Below, piece after piece: positions 1 to 10,300 of a DNA stretch of 64,000 nucleotides. The DNA is from Verrucomicrobiales bacterium (GTDB taxonomy: Bacteria > Verrucomicrobiota > Verrucomicrobiia > Limisphaerales > UBA1100): NCBI GenBank assembly GCA_038145765.1, contig JAYQQG010000001.1:2081-66080 (forward strand), written 5' to 3'. The notes below the pieces were generated by a model. It was not told the origin of the DNA, searched no databases, and worked only from the letters and a program-made list of their open reading frames with translations. The first letter of the stretch is position 1. Every line of letters begins with the position of its first letter. Both the position numbers and the translations under genes were made by a program.

Positions 1-302
1 AATGCGCGGCCCGGCTGGCCGCCCCGCGCCATGGGATAGCCATCCAGCGTCGTCATGACCGCCGCTGGCGTGCCCGGCATTCGCAGCAAGGTGGCGCTGA
101 TCAAACCGCCACTCACCGCTCCCACATACATGGCCACCAACAAGACCAACGCCGAAACCGGTTCCATCGAAAAGGTCAATGGCAAGGCCAACGCGATTAG
201 CATCGTCCCGGTGAGGCCTGGTACGGCGCCGACTGTGATCCCAAGAGACACCCCCAACAAAGCCAGGCCTAATACAATCGGTGAGGTAAAAATTTCGACC
301 AT
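1..302 (-). CDS. tctA: Tripartite tricarboxylate transporter large permease (TctA family), N-terminal fragment running off the window
   Basis: My own reverse-complement translation from ATG at 300-302 gives MVEIFTSPIVLGLALLGVSLGITVGAVPGLTGTMLIALALPLTFSMEPVSALVLLVAMYVGAVSGGLISATLLRMPGTPAAVMTTLDGYPMARGGQPGRA. This is a typical TctA N-terminus (GAVPGL, YGG-like, PGTP, DGYPMA). It is not in the ORF track because it is open at the window edge. Confidence 0.85.
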   Translation of the reverse strand, partial: MVEIFTSPIVLGLALLGVSLGITVGAVPGLTGTMLIALALPLTFSMEPVSALVLLVAMYVGAVSGGLISATLLRMPGTPAAVMTTLDGYPMARGGQPGRA

Positions 303-304
303 CG

Positions 305-1342
305 TTAACGGATCTCTCCTTCCCGCCAGACCCACACCCCACACACGATTACAACACCCAGCGCCAGCCAATGCAACGGAGGCAACGAATCCAGTGGTTT
401 AATTTTCAGCCCCGCCAAATCTTCACTGCGAGAACGGATCACCGCCCGCAACGCTTCGCCCGAGTGAAATACTGGCTCATAATGTTGTTGCGCCAATCGT
501 TCTTTGACCTGCGAGGTATTCATGGTTCGCCGCAGCAAGTCCTCCAAATATGCCACCCGCTCCGGAGGGGTTCCCTTGGGCGCCCACCAAAACTGCATCA
601 GACTGTGGACCGCATCAACATCCTGTTCCTTTGCCGTCGGTAAATCCGGCAACGCTGCTTCCCGTTCCTCGCCCAACACGGCCAACGCGCGGATACCCGA
701 TCCCTTGAACTGCTCATACTCCGCCACCGAAAACCCGGTCACATCAATGTGGCCGCCCTTGAGCTGATTAAACCGCTTTGCGCCCCCACCGGTTTGCGTG
801 AACCGAAACCGGGCTCCGTCCTTGCCGTTTTGCAGAAACAACGCCGAATAATGATTCGGGGCCCCGAGATTGGTGCCATAAACCAGTTGCGGCGGGCGGC
901 GAACGGCAACGGACATTAACTCACTCAACGAGCTGTAAGGCGAGCTTTCGGCCACGGCCACCACCACGCCGCTGCGGCCGGTCGCCGCGACCGGCTCAAA
1001 ATCCGCCGGCCCCCAATCGGCATTGCCATAGTGCTGCGCGGTGTAAATGCCGTCATGCAGGCAGAGGATCGTGTACCCATCCGGCTCAGCCCCCAACGCT
1101 GTCCGACTGCCAATGGTGCCGCCTGCACCGTCAACATTCTTCACCACGAACGGTTGCGGCGACAAATCATGGTCCCGGATCGCCTTCTGAAAAATACGCA
1201 CAAACGTATCACTGCCTCCTCCCGCCCCAAACGGCACGATAACGGTGATGGGTTTATCTGGAAAACCCGAGGCTAAACTCAAAAACCCACTACCCCAGAG
1301 AATCATCATTGCAATGACCCTAATGTTGACCCTGTATCTCAT
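305..1342 (-). CDS. tctC: Tripartite tricarboxylate transporter substrate-binding protein (TctC/Bug family) with an extra C-terminal hydrophobic segment
   Basis: ORF 305-1435. The likely start is MRYRVN (CAT at 1340-1342), followed by a signal peptide. Bug-family motifs are present: PITVIVPFGAGGGSDTFVR, NVDGAGGTIG, PDGYT. The stop at 305-307 lies 3 nt before the tctA start. Confidence 0.85.
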   Translation of the reverse strand: MRYRVNIRVIAMMILWGSGFLSLASGFPDKPITVIVPFGAGGGSDTFVRIFQKAIRDHDLSPQPFVVKNVDGAGGTIGSRTALGAEPDGYTILCLHDGIYTAQHYGNADWGPADFEPVAATGRSGVVVAVAESSPYSSLSELMSVAVRRPPQLVYGTNLGAPNHYSALFLQNGKDGARFRFTQTGGGAKRFNQLKGGHIDVTGFSVAEYEQFKGSGIRALAVLGEEREAALPDLPTAKEQDVDAVHSLMQFWWAPKGTPPERVAYLEDLLRRTMNTSQVKERLAQQHYEPVFHSGEALRAVIRSRSEDLAGLKIKPLDSLPPLHWLALGVVIVCGVWVWREGEIR

Positions 1343-1368
1343 TTGTGCCGAAACCGAGAGTGTCCCCG

Positions 1369-2836
1369 CTACCGACCTTCGGTCAATCGCTTCTTCACGG
1401 CGGCATGCCTCGGGTCCTCGGCGAGGTTGGTCCATTCGTGGGGATCGGTTTGCAGGTCGTAAAGCTCCTCCTCGCCATTGGCGTAGCGGAGGTAACGCCA
1501 GCGGGTGGTCCGGTGGGAGACGTTGCCCTGGTCGAAGGTGGTGGTCAGCACGCGGCCGGTTACCTTGGCAGGGTCACGCAACAAAGGCAGGAGGGATTGG
1601 CCGTCGAGGTGTTTGGGGGCAGGCACAATGCAGGCCACGGCGAGTGTGGGAAACAGGTCGATGAGGCCGACCGGTTGGGCGCAGCGCGAGCCGCCGGGGG
1701 CGAACTGCTTGGCCAAGCGTTTGGGTGGCACGATCATGAGCGGCACGCGGGTGGATCGTTCCCAGCCGGTCCATTTGCCCCAGTGCTCCTTTTCGCCGAG
1801 GTGCCAGCCGTGGTCGCTCCAGAGCACGATCCACGTGTTGGCTGCCGCGCCGCTTTGGTCGAGTGCATCGAGCAGGCGACCGATCTCGTGGTCCACGTAG
1901 GTGGTGCAGGCCAAGTACGCCTCCACCGCCGCGCGCCATTGTTTGTGCTTCAGAACGGTGGCGTGACTCCCGGCGGTGACCGCCTCGACGGCCCACTTTC
2001 GCCCAGCGGGGCCGAGGTCCTGCAGGTCGTCCTTGCGGACCGGCGGCAACTTGCCGAGATCGTTTTGAAGCGCTCAAAATATTTCCGGGGGGCAAAGAGC
2101 GGGATGTGCGGGCGGTAATAGCCCACGCCGAGGAAGAACGGTTTCTTTTTGCCGAGACCGCGCTTCAGCCGGTCGATGGCCCACGTGGTGATTTGCGTGT
2201 CGCCGAAATCACTGTCCGGCACGTCGAATCCGCCCCAGTCAAAGGATTCGCCGGCCACCGAGTTGGGCTTCCGGTCCGAGGGCATCCGGTTAATGGGCAG
2301 CACGACCGTGCGCCCACGGCTATCCTTGAGCACATGGCGCGGGTTGTCCGTCCCCTTGCTGGGCAACTCGGCCTGGGTGTAGGGCACGGCCTTTTGGGAA
2401 ACGGACTCCAGCGTTGATTGACGCCGTGATATTCCTCGAACAATTCCGCGACTGTACCGTGCAACATTTTGCCGGTGCCGAGCGTTTGATAGCCCGCCTC
2501 ACGAAAGGCGTGCGTCAGCAGCTTCGCCTTGGGCGCCGCCTTTTCAATTCGCGCGCTGTTGTTCGACCACACGCCCGTCCGCGCCGGCATCAGCCCGCTG
2601 AACACCGCCGCCCGCGAAGGGTTGCACGCCGGCGCCGCGCAGTGCGCGTTGGTGAACAACACGCCGCGCTTGGCCAAGCGATCCATATTCGGCGTCAACG
2701 CCTGAGGATGCCCTCCAAGGCAGCCAATCCAGTCATTCAAATCATCAACTGCGATGAATAAGACATTTGGTTTAGCTGCCAAACCGGGAAAAACGATCAG
2801 CACCAGTGATATAAGGAGAATACGTTGAATCATCAC
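1369..2836 (-). pseudogene. Cys-type sulfatase (iduronate-2-sulfatase-like) split over three frames by two 1-nt frameshifts
   Basis: Three overlapping ORFs (2165-2836, 1950-2387, 1369-2049) read together as one sulfatase. Recognisable segments are a signal peptide, [58 protein letters not shown] and [15 protein letters not shown]. The frame changes map to T4 runs at 2392-2395 and 2063-2066. Confidence 0.85.
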
Positions 2837-2888
2837 CGGTTTATTGAGTTAAGATTCCCAGCTGCAGGTAAGGCATTTTCCGGATCGT

Positions 2889-4298
2889 CTACCGACGGCT
2901 TTTGGGGAGTTCCAGGCGTTCCCCGGAAAAAACGTTGCCGGTGGGTTTGGCCGGGAGGGTGGATTTCCAATCGGCAATTTGTTGGAGGAGTCCCTGGACC
3001 ACGGCCGGCTTTTGTTGGGCGAGATCATTTTTCTCGAGAGGATCAGTGGCGAGATCGTACAGTTCGGCGTAACTGGAATCGCGGTTGGTCATAAGCTTCC
3101 AGTTTTGGTGAACAATAGCGTAAGAAACCCAGTGGTACGGTCGGGCCTTTTGGATAGGCCAGCTAGACTGCATCTTCCAAAATAATGGTTTGGACCGAAG
3201 GTGTTGACCTTTACCTTGGAGTGCCTTCACTTGGCTGAGACCATCAGGACGATAGCCTTTAGGGAACTTCGCACCAGCCAGCTCACAGAAAGTGGGGAGG
3301 AGATCCACGGCGGAGAAAATTGATTGAGCGTCCACCTTGCCGGCCGCGATTTTGCCAGGCCAACGAGCGATGAAGGGCACACCAATACCGCCCTCGAACA
3401 AGGCTGCCTTATAGCCTTTGCGATCGCCCGTGATGCCTTTGGCCGCACCGATGCCATAACCGGCCCCGGTGGCGGTGTCGTGCATCAGCGTCAGTTCAGT
3501 GACGCGGCTGGCTCGAGCGGGTCCGTTGTCCGAGCTGAAGATGACGAGGGTGTTATCGGTCAGCTTCAAGCGGTCCAAAGCATCCAACACCTCGCCAATG
3601 CGGTCATCGGCGTGGGACAGGACGGAGGCGTAGATGTTGTCCGGCTCTTCAAGGTCGCGGAAACGCCAACGGTATTTGGGGACAGTGTGAAAGGGCGTGT
3701 GCGGTTCGTGAATCCAAAGGTTGATGAAGAATGGCTTTTGTTCACGGTGACTTTTCTCAATGAACCGGATCGCATGCTGGGCGTCTTCGTGGACAGGCAT
3801 TTGTTCACCTGCGCAGTTGAAGGCGCCGTAGGCATCGTAGCCGTAGGCACTCGGGAGCGGAGAATCGGGAATCATGTTGTTGGCGAGGTGCCATTTACCG
3901 AAGTGAGCGGTTCGATAACCGGCCTGTTGCAGCATACGCGGCAGAAGCGGCGCCTTTGTACTGAGCCAATCCGGCATGTTGCGCTTGGCGTTGCTGGGCA
4001 CCCAGGCGAAATGGCCATCGATGTTGTAGCGGGCGGGGAAATGACCGGTCATCACGGCCGTACGACTGGGCGAACACACGCCGCTTGCGACTGAGAAGCG
4101 GTAAAAGTCCGTTCCCTCTCTGGCCAAGCGATCGATGTTGGGGGTCTTGACGTAAGGATGGCCGTGACAGCTCAGGTCACCCCAGCCCCAGTCATCAGCA
4201 AAGATAAAGACAATGTTGGGCTGTTCCGCCGCAGGCGCGTTCACGCTGACCAGCGCAAAAAGAAAACCGGAAAGAAGACGAGACAAACGACGTTTCAT
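2889..4298 (-). CDS. Cys-type sulfatase (arylsulfatase A-like)
   Basis: 469-aa ORF with a signal peptide and the motifs PNIVFIFADDWGWGD, VCSPSRTAVMTGHFPARY, GKWHL and FSSDNGP. Confidence 0.9.
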   Translation of the reverse strand: MKRRLSRLLSGFLFALVSVNAPAAEQPNIVFIFADDWGWGDLSCHGHPYVKTPNIDRLAREGTDFYRFSVASGVCSPSRTAVMTGHFPARYNIDGHFAWVPSNAKRNMPDWLSTKAPLLPRMLQQAGYRTAHFGKWHLANNMIPDSPLPSAYGYDAYGAFNCAGEQMPVHEDAQHAIRFIEKSHREQKPFFINLWIHEPHTPFHTVPKYRWRFRDLEEPDNIYASVLSHADDRIGEVLDALDRLKLTDNTLVIFSSDNGPARASRVTELTLMHDTATGAGYGIGAAKGITGDRKGYKAALFEGGIGVPFIARWPGKIAAGKVDAQSIFSAVDLLPTFCELAGAKFPKGYRPDGLSQVKALQGKGQHLRSKPLFWKMQSSWPIQKARPYHWVSYAIVHQNWKLMTNRDSSYAELYDLATDPLEKNDLAQQKPAVVQGLLQQIADWKSTLPAKPTGNVFSGERLELPKSRR

Positions 4299-4459
4299 GA
4301 TGGCTTATTTATAGGGGAATTAGGCTCGGAGCAATTCCCAGAGAGTGCCGGCCTCGAGGATGCGCATCCGGTAAAGGAAACTGCAGCAAGAATACTAGCC
4401 GCTACGAGTTGAGTTCCGTTCATTAGAGGAAGTAAGTCTGGCAACTAATTGATTGCAGA

Positions 4460-6145
4460 TTACTCACCGATCCAAGTCCTTGTATTGTGCTGACCGGCTT
4501 TCAGTTCCTGCAGGCGGCGTTTCAGGTATTCGCCGGAAAGTTTGCGGGCCTTTTCGCGGTCGGCGCCATCGTAGTCCCAGAATTCCTGCACGACCTTTTC
4601 GGCGGCAGGATAGTGGCTACCGTCGTCGCCGACAGTCTTGCGCAGGGCGGCGAGTTGTTTTTTGAGACGGTCGCGCATCTTGGCGTAGGCGGGGTCGTCG
4701 TAGAGGTTTTTGAGTTCAGCGGGGTCTTTTTTCAGGTCGTACAACTCCCAGGCGGGCGGGGTTTGGTAGCCGCCGTCGTAGTTGCAGCCGTAGTAGTAGA
4801 CGAGCTTGTGGGTCTTGGTGCGGATGGCCATCACGCCGGGGTTGTCATGGTGGGCCATATGCATCCAGTAACGATAGTAGGCGGCCTGCTTCCAGCCCTT
4901 GGGTTCCTGACCGGTTTCGCAAATGCTCTTAAAGGAACGACCTTGCATGGAGGCCGGCGCAGGAATGCCGGCAAAGTCGAGCATCAGAGCGGGGAAGTCG
5001 ACGTTCTCCACGATGGCGTCGGAGCGCGTGCCGGCCTTGATCGCCTTGGGATAGCGCACGATGAAGGGCATGCGCATGGAGGGGTCGTAGGCCCAGCGCT
5101 TGTCCTGATAGTCGTTTTCGCCGAGCCAAAAGCCTTGGTCGCCGGTGTAAATAATGATGGTGTTGTCGTAGAGACCTTCTGCCTTGAGGTAATCAAAGAG
5201 ACGCTTGAGGTTGTCGTCCACGCCCTTCACGCAGCGTAGGTATTTACGGAGGTATGCCTGATAGGCGAGATGAGTTGTCTCGCGCTCAGAAAGTTTGGCC
5301 ACATCGTAGTCCGCGGGGAGTTCTTCAGGGAAACGTTCCTTAAGGTCGACGGCGTAAGAACGGCGCGGGTTGCGTTTGCCGATGGAGGTGCCGATGTGCG
5401 GCAGGAGTTCATCGCGGTAGCCGCGCGTGGCGATGGATCCGAAGGTGTCCGGCACATCGTAGAGCGTCGGTGGCTCAGGAATCTTCACATCGGCGAGATA
5501 CTTCTGGTAGCGCGGCGCGTTCTCGAAATAATCATGCGGAGCCTTGAACTGGTGGCAGATGAAGAACGGCTTGCCCTTGTCGTACTTGGTCTTGAACCAG
5601 TGCAGGGTGGAATCGGTGATGGCGTCGGAGGAATGTTCGCCTTTGTGTGTGACGACATTCTTCGGCCAAGGTTTTTCGCCCTGCACACGAAACTCGGTGT
5701 CGAAATACTTCCCCTGCCCCGGGAGCACCTTGTAGTAGTCGAAATTCGGCTCCACTTTCAGGTGCCACTTGCCGATCATCGCTGTCTGGTAGCCTGCCTT
5801 CCGGAACAGAATGGGCAGGGTTTGTTTCGCCGGGAGAATACGCCCGGTCAGATCGGTCACGCCATTGATGTGCGGGTACTGCCCCGTGATGATGCTCGCC
5901 CGGCTCGGCGTGCAAATTGAGTTCGAACAAAAAACATTGTCGAACACCATCCCTTCCGCTGCCAATTGATCCAAAGTAGGCGTCGGGTTGAGAGGCTTCA
6001 ACACCGTGGCATACGCCCCCACCGCCTGCGCCGTGTGGTCATCGGACATGATGAAGAGTACGTTGGGGCGCTCCTTAGCAAGGATGGTTAAGGAAATGCA
6101 ACTGAGCAGGCAAACAATAAGGCGATTCATTTTCATGAGGTGCAA
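4460..6145 (-). CDS. Cys-type sulfatase (N-acetylglucosamine-6-sulfatase-like)
   Basis: 561-aa ORF with a signal peptide and the motifs PNVLFIMSDDH, CTPSRASIITGQYPHINGV, GKWHL, YTGDQGFWLGE and ELYDLKKDPAELKN. Alternative starts lie at 6136 and 6130. Confidence 0.9.
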   Translation of the reverse strand: MHLMKMNRLIVCLLSCISLTILAKERPNVLFIMSDDHTAQAVGAYATVLKPLNPTPTLDQLAAEGMVFDNVFCSNSICTPSRASIITGQYPHINGVTDLTGRILPAKQTLPILFRKAGYQTAMIGKWHLKVEPNFDYYKVLPGQGKYFDTEFRVQGEKPWPKNVVTHKGEHSSDAITDSTLHWFKTKYDKGKPFFICHQFKAPHDYFENAPRYQKYLADVKIPEPPTLYDVPDTFGSIATRGYRDELLPHIGTSIGKRNPRRSYAVDLKERFPEELPADYDVAKLSERETTHLAYQAYLRKYLRCVKGVDDNLKRLFDYLKAEGLYDNTIIIYTGDQGFWLGENDYQDKRWAYDPSMRMPFIVRYPKAIKAGTRSDAIVENVDFPALMLDFAGIPAPASMQGRSFKSICETGQEPKGWKQAAYYRYWMHMAHHDNPGVMAIRTKTHKLVYYYGCNYDGGYQTPPAWELYDLKKDPAELKNLYDDPAYAKMRDRLKKQLAALRKTVGDDGSHYPAAEKVVQEFWDYDGADREKARKLSGEYLKRRLQELKAGQHNTRTWIGE

Positions 6146-6244
6146 AAAGAGAACTTAATTCGTCCATTCGCTCAGGTCAATGAGTAGACGAAGCATACAG
6201 ACTAATTGACTCAACTCGATCTGCCCTACAGCATCACCGGAATA

Positions 6245-7378
6245 ATGAATACTATGAGTCGATTGATTGCCGTACCCCTGTCCTTAATGCTGGCAGTGGG
6301 GCCTGTTTGGGGCGCCACGGCGGCTTTTTGCGGAAAAGTGACGGCGGTCAGACCCGCGACCGCCAAACAGAAAAATACGCTCACTCATTTCACGGTGAAG
6401 ATTGATTACTACGACTACATCAGTCGTGGAAAGTTTGGGCGCCAATCGAAGGTCGGTGAATCGATTGACCAACAGGTACTCAAGCTCGGCTCGGTCTGCA
6501 TCATCAACGGGCGCATGGTGAACGCCGCAACTTTTTCCAAAGCGATCCGGCCGGGGTTGTGGGGTTATTTTTATGAGACCACCTGGCTCGATCTCCAAAC
6601 CACGCCGGACTTCCAATGGGGTGAAGTGGTGGCAGTGGGCAAGGACACTTTTACGCTGCGTATCCATCGCACCCACAAATCCATCCACCTTGAGACCAAT
6701 CCGCCAGTGGAAGTGAAAGTGCCTTTTGACGCGAGTGTTTCGTTTCGCCTGGAAGACAAACCCACTGATGCCGCGACTGCCTTGCGACCGGGAAACTGGG
6801 TGCAGATCCATGAGCCACGCTCCCAAATGATTGCCTTGTGGAATGCAGACACCGCCTATGATCCCGCCGAACAACAACCGGTGGAGCAAGGCAAGCGCGG
6901 GCTTGCTAATGATCTCAGTTGCCGGGCCGTGCTGGGCAACGTGGAAACCAAGACACCCGATCAAGTTCTGGATCTCTCTGCGCAGGTGACTTGCGACCGA
7001 TGGCTCAAGGGTAAGAAGGAGACCCTTACATTAAATGCCAAAAAGACCTCCTTCATTCTCGATGGCAAACTTGCCCCGCCTAAGATTGCCGCCAAGGCCG
7101 GTCGTCAAGCCGTGCTTTGCCATTACCGCTCGGAAAAAGTGCCACACAAAATACTCGTTCGCTCCAAGGACGACACCGTTCGCGGCACCATCATCGCCAT
7201 GAATGAATCTACCCTGCGCATCGCGGGCCCCGATGGTGGCACGCAAATCACCATCGATCAGGACACACAATTTCAATTGGATGGACTGCCCACAAATTGG
7301 AAAGCGGTGGCCAAAAAAGGTGGAGACGTGGTCATTTATCCCAAACGCGGGCGCACAATCATCGCCTTTGCGCCGTAG
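6245..7378 (+). CDS. Secreted hypothetical protein made of repeated small beta-barrel-like modules
   Basis: ORF 6206-7378. The start is likely ATG 6245 (MNTMSRLIAVPLSLMLAVGPVWGA signal peptide). I recognise no catalytic motif. The C-terminal segment VRGTIIAMNESTLRIAGPDGGTQITIDQDTQFQLDGLP...GGDVVIY resembles a DUF5666-type OB-like module. Confidence 0.6.
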   Translation: MNTMSRLIAVPLSLMLAVGPVWGATAAFCGKVTAVRPATAKQKNTLTHFTVKIDYYDYISRGKFGRQSKVGESIDQQVLKLGSVCIINGRMVNAATFSKAIRPGLWGYFYETTWLDLQTTPDFQWGEVVAVGKDTFTLRIHRTHKSIHLETNPPVEVKVPFDASVSFRLEDKPTDAATALRPGNWVQIHEPRSQMIALWNADTAYDPAEQQPVEQGKRGLANDLSCRAVLGNVETKTPDQVLDLSAQVTCDRWLKGKKETLTLNAKKTSFILDGKLAPPKIAAKAGRQAVLCHYRSEKVPHKILVRSKDDTVRGTIIAMNESTLRIAGPDGGTQITIDQDTQFQLDGLPTNWKAVAKKGGDVVIYPKRGRTIIAFAP

Positions 7379-7384
7379 CCGCCT

Positions 7385-10300
7385 TCACTCCCCAAAGCAA
7401 ATCAACTCCTTCAACGTGCGGGCGTAGAGTTGGCCGTTGACGTAGGTGAGCGAGGCGAGGCTCCAAGTTTGGCCGGCGGGGCCGAGGTCGCTGACGGAGA
7501 CGAGCGCTTGTTCGTTCAGTCGCGGGGCAGTCCAGTCGACGACGTAGACCGTGCCGGCCATCGTGGGCCAGTAGATGTGTTTACCAACAACGATCGGCGG
7601 GGCGGCGGTGACGTGGCCCCAGCCGCTGCCGGCGTTGCGCTTATCCTGGGTGGCGCGGAAGCCGTTGGCGGTTTTCATGTCGTTGGGCAGGTGCTGGGTC
7701 CAGAGCGTTTCGTCTGGCTGACCTTTTTTTCGGACGATTTGCGCGGGCACTTGCAGGTACTCGACCTTGCCGGTGGAAAGCTGAACGCGGCCAATCAAAA
7801 AACCGCTGAAGGCGCGGAAGTAGTGGTAGTCGCCGACGATGAGGTTGGTGAAGTAGGTGAAGGATTTCTTGGCCTTGGGTCCCCGGGGGAGGGTTTGGTT
7901 TTCGAGCGTGACGTATTCGCCGTTCTGCCAACGGGTGAGGGTGACGCCTTCGACGAGGGATTGCGCGCCGTGCGGTTTGCCGGTGGCGAGGTCGAGGGCG
8001 CCGTGTTGGTCGTTGGCGAAGTAGTAGGCGGCGTTCTTCTTGAAGGTGGTGTTCTGGTGGCAGGGGAATTTTTCGATGGCGGCGTCCCAGATGGCCTTGC
8101 CGTTGGCGGCGTCGATGAGCGACAGGCCGTAGGGTTCCTCGGGCGGTTGGTGTCCGCCACCGCGGCCGGTGAGGATGGCGGCGCGGCCGTCGGGCAGTTT
8201 GCCGAGCATGGAGAGGGCGTGCACGCTGGTGCCGGGCCAGGCCTGCCATGCAAGCTTGCCGGTGGCAAGGTCGTAGGCGCGGAGGTGCGTCCAGTATTTC
8301 TTGTCGCGGCCCAACGGCTTGGAGCCGGCCTTGGTGGTGGCGGCCACGGGCAGGTCGTAGGTCGGCGCGTGCAGAAGGATGACCTTGCCGGCGTGCAGGA
8401 GCGGCTCGTGGGCCCGGGCGTGGTGCCGGCCGAAGGGCGTCCAAGTGTGCGACCACTGCTCATTGCCGTTGTAGTCGAAACATTTGATCGTGCCGCCTAC
8501 GTTGGTGAAGACCACGCGCTTGCCGTCGGCCACGGGTGAATAGGCCGTGTTGTCGTTGAACAAGCTGGAGAGATCGGTTTCGCGCGTGCCGGGAATGGTG
8601 CGGCGCCACAGTTCCTTTCCAGTTTTGGCGTCGAAGCACATCCCGAGGATGGCGGCGCCGGTCTCGGTGTCCTGCGTGATGGGTTCGTGCGAGGTGACAA
8701 AGATGCGGCCGCCGGAAACGATGGCCGCGCTCTGGCCGGTGTTCGGCAACGGCGCGCGCCACTTCACGTTTTTGCCCGTGGCGCCGCTGAAGTCCGTGGG
8801 CGCCTCGCCCTGGGCGATGAAGTTGCCGTCCGGCCCGGCGGCTTGCGGCCAGTCGGCACCGGTTGCAGGGGGCTGTTTCACAACGGGTGTCAGCACGATG
8901 TTGCGGTAGCTGACGGAGGTGTGGTCGCCTTGGAGGTAGAGCGGGCCGGGGATGGTTTCGTCGGCGTGCAGGGCGCCGTTGGTGCATCCGGGAAGGGGCT
9001 GGTTGTCGATGACCTTCCGGCCGTTGAGAATGACGGTGACGTGCCTGTCAACGAGGGTGATGTCGTACGTGTTCCATTCGCCGCCGAGCTTGCCGGCGTT
9101 GGCGGTGGGCAGGATGCGGCCGAAGATGGCACCGACACCTTGGATGCCCTGCATGCGGCTGTCGCGATCCAGGACCTGCGCCTCGTACACGCCGCGCAGG
9201 TAAATGCCACTGTTGCCGCCGGGCGGCACCTTGAACTCCAGCTTGAGGTTGAAGTCCATGAACTCCTGCTCCGTGCGCAGGTTGCCGAAGCGCGAGTACG
9301 GCGAGAAATCGAGCTTCTCGGTGACGTTGACCAACTCGCCGTCAATGGCCTTCCAGCCGTTCACCTGCTTGGGGTGGGTGAGCTTCCAGCCGTCGAGGTT
9401 GCGGCCGTTGAAGAGTTGAATGGGCTTCCCGAATCGCACCTGGCTCAGGTCCGGCTTGGGCGGCAGCGGCGGCATACGTTTGCCGGAGAATTCCACCCGT
9501 TCAAACACGCCCCCGCTGATCCGCCGGTGCATCACCAGCTTGAGGACATCGCCGACCACCGTCGCCGAAAAACGCACCGCCATACGGTCGCCCGTGGGCG
9601 GGCCGCCAACGTACTCCGGTTTGCCCACGCGTATCTTGCGCGTGAACGCCAGCGTGCAGGCCTTCAACGTGATGTCCGATAGCTGTCGCCCGCCACCCAC
9701 GGCCCAGTACTCCCCTTTCATTTTCCCGTTTGACTCAAGGAGCGTCAGCCAACCGGCCGTGCCGTCAGGTTGTTTCAGGGCCCAGTTGCCGAGAAACGGG
9801 TTCGTAGCCGTGGTAGATTTCTTCCGGCTCAACGGGTTCTCGTACCAGACTACGTTATTGCTGGTGTGGCCGGCGATGAGGACGTCGAGGTCGCCGTCGG
9901 CGTCCATGTCGATGGCGCGGGTGTCGTAGGAACCTTGCTTGTGGTCGATGACGTGCTTGGTGAAGCGACCCTTGCCGTCGTTCTCGTACCAGGCTGCGAC
10001 GTCCACGGGGTCTTTGCTGCAGGTGACGGCGTCGATGTCGCCGTCGTTGTCCAGGTCGGCGAGGTCAAGCGAATGCGGGACGAGAATCTTCGGGTCCACT
10101 TCGATAAGCTTGAAGTCCGGCCCCTTGAACCAGAGGATGCCCTGGCCGTGGCCGCGCGTGGCGAAGTAGTCGACGTGCCCGTCACCGTCGAGGTCAGCCG
10201 GCATGATGTTCGTAGCGCCGGGTTGGTTGTCGGCGAGGAGATGCTTTTTCCATGGGAGCTTGCCGTCCTTGGGTTGCTCCCACCAGGCGAACCATTGGCC

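Noticed and set aside
55-402. Plus-strand ORF of 115 aa at the window start.
   Set aside because: It is antisense to the clear TctA N-terminus and TctC C-terminus on the minus strand, and it has no family resemblance.
2063-2395. Programmed ribosomal frameshifting or transcriptional slippage in the split sulfatase.
   Set aside because: Two independent shifts in one housekeeping-type enzyme gene have no recognisable slippery heptamer plus downstream structure. A third frameshift occurs in an unrelated gene in a region that also contains an A/T homopolymer run. Sequencing or assembly error, or decay, is the simpler explanation.
4315-4369. Hairpins between two sulfatase genes (GGGAATT-N11-AATTCCC at 4315-4339, and the palindrome GGATGCGCATCC near 4360) as terminators.
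   Set aside because: The stems are short and lack a following U-tract on the gene strand. The evidence is insufficient to call a terminator or regulatory element.
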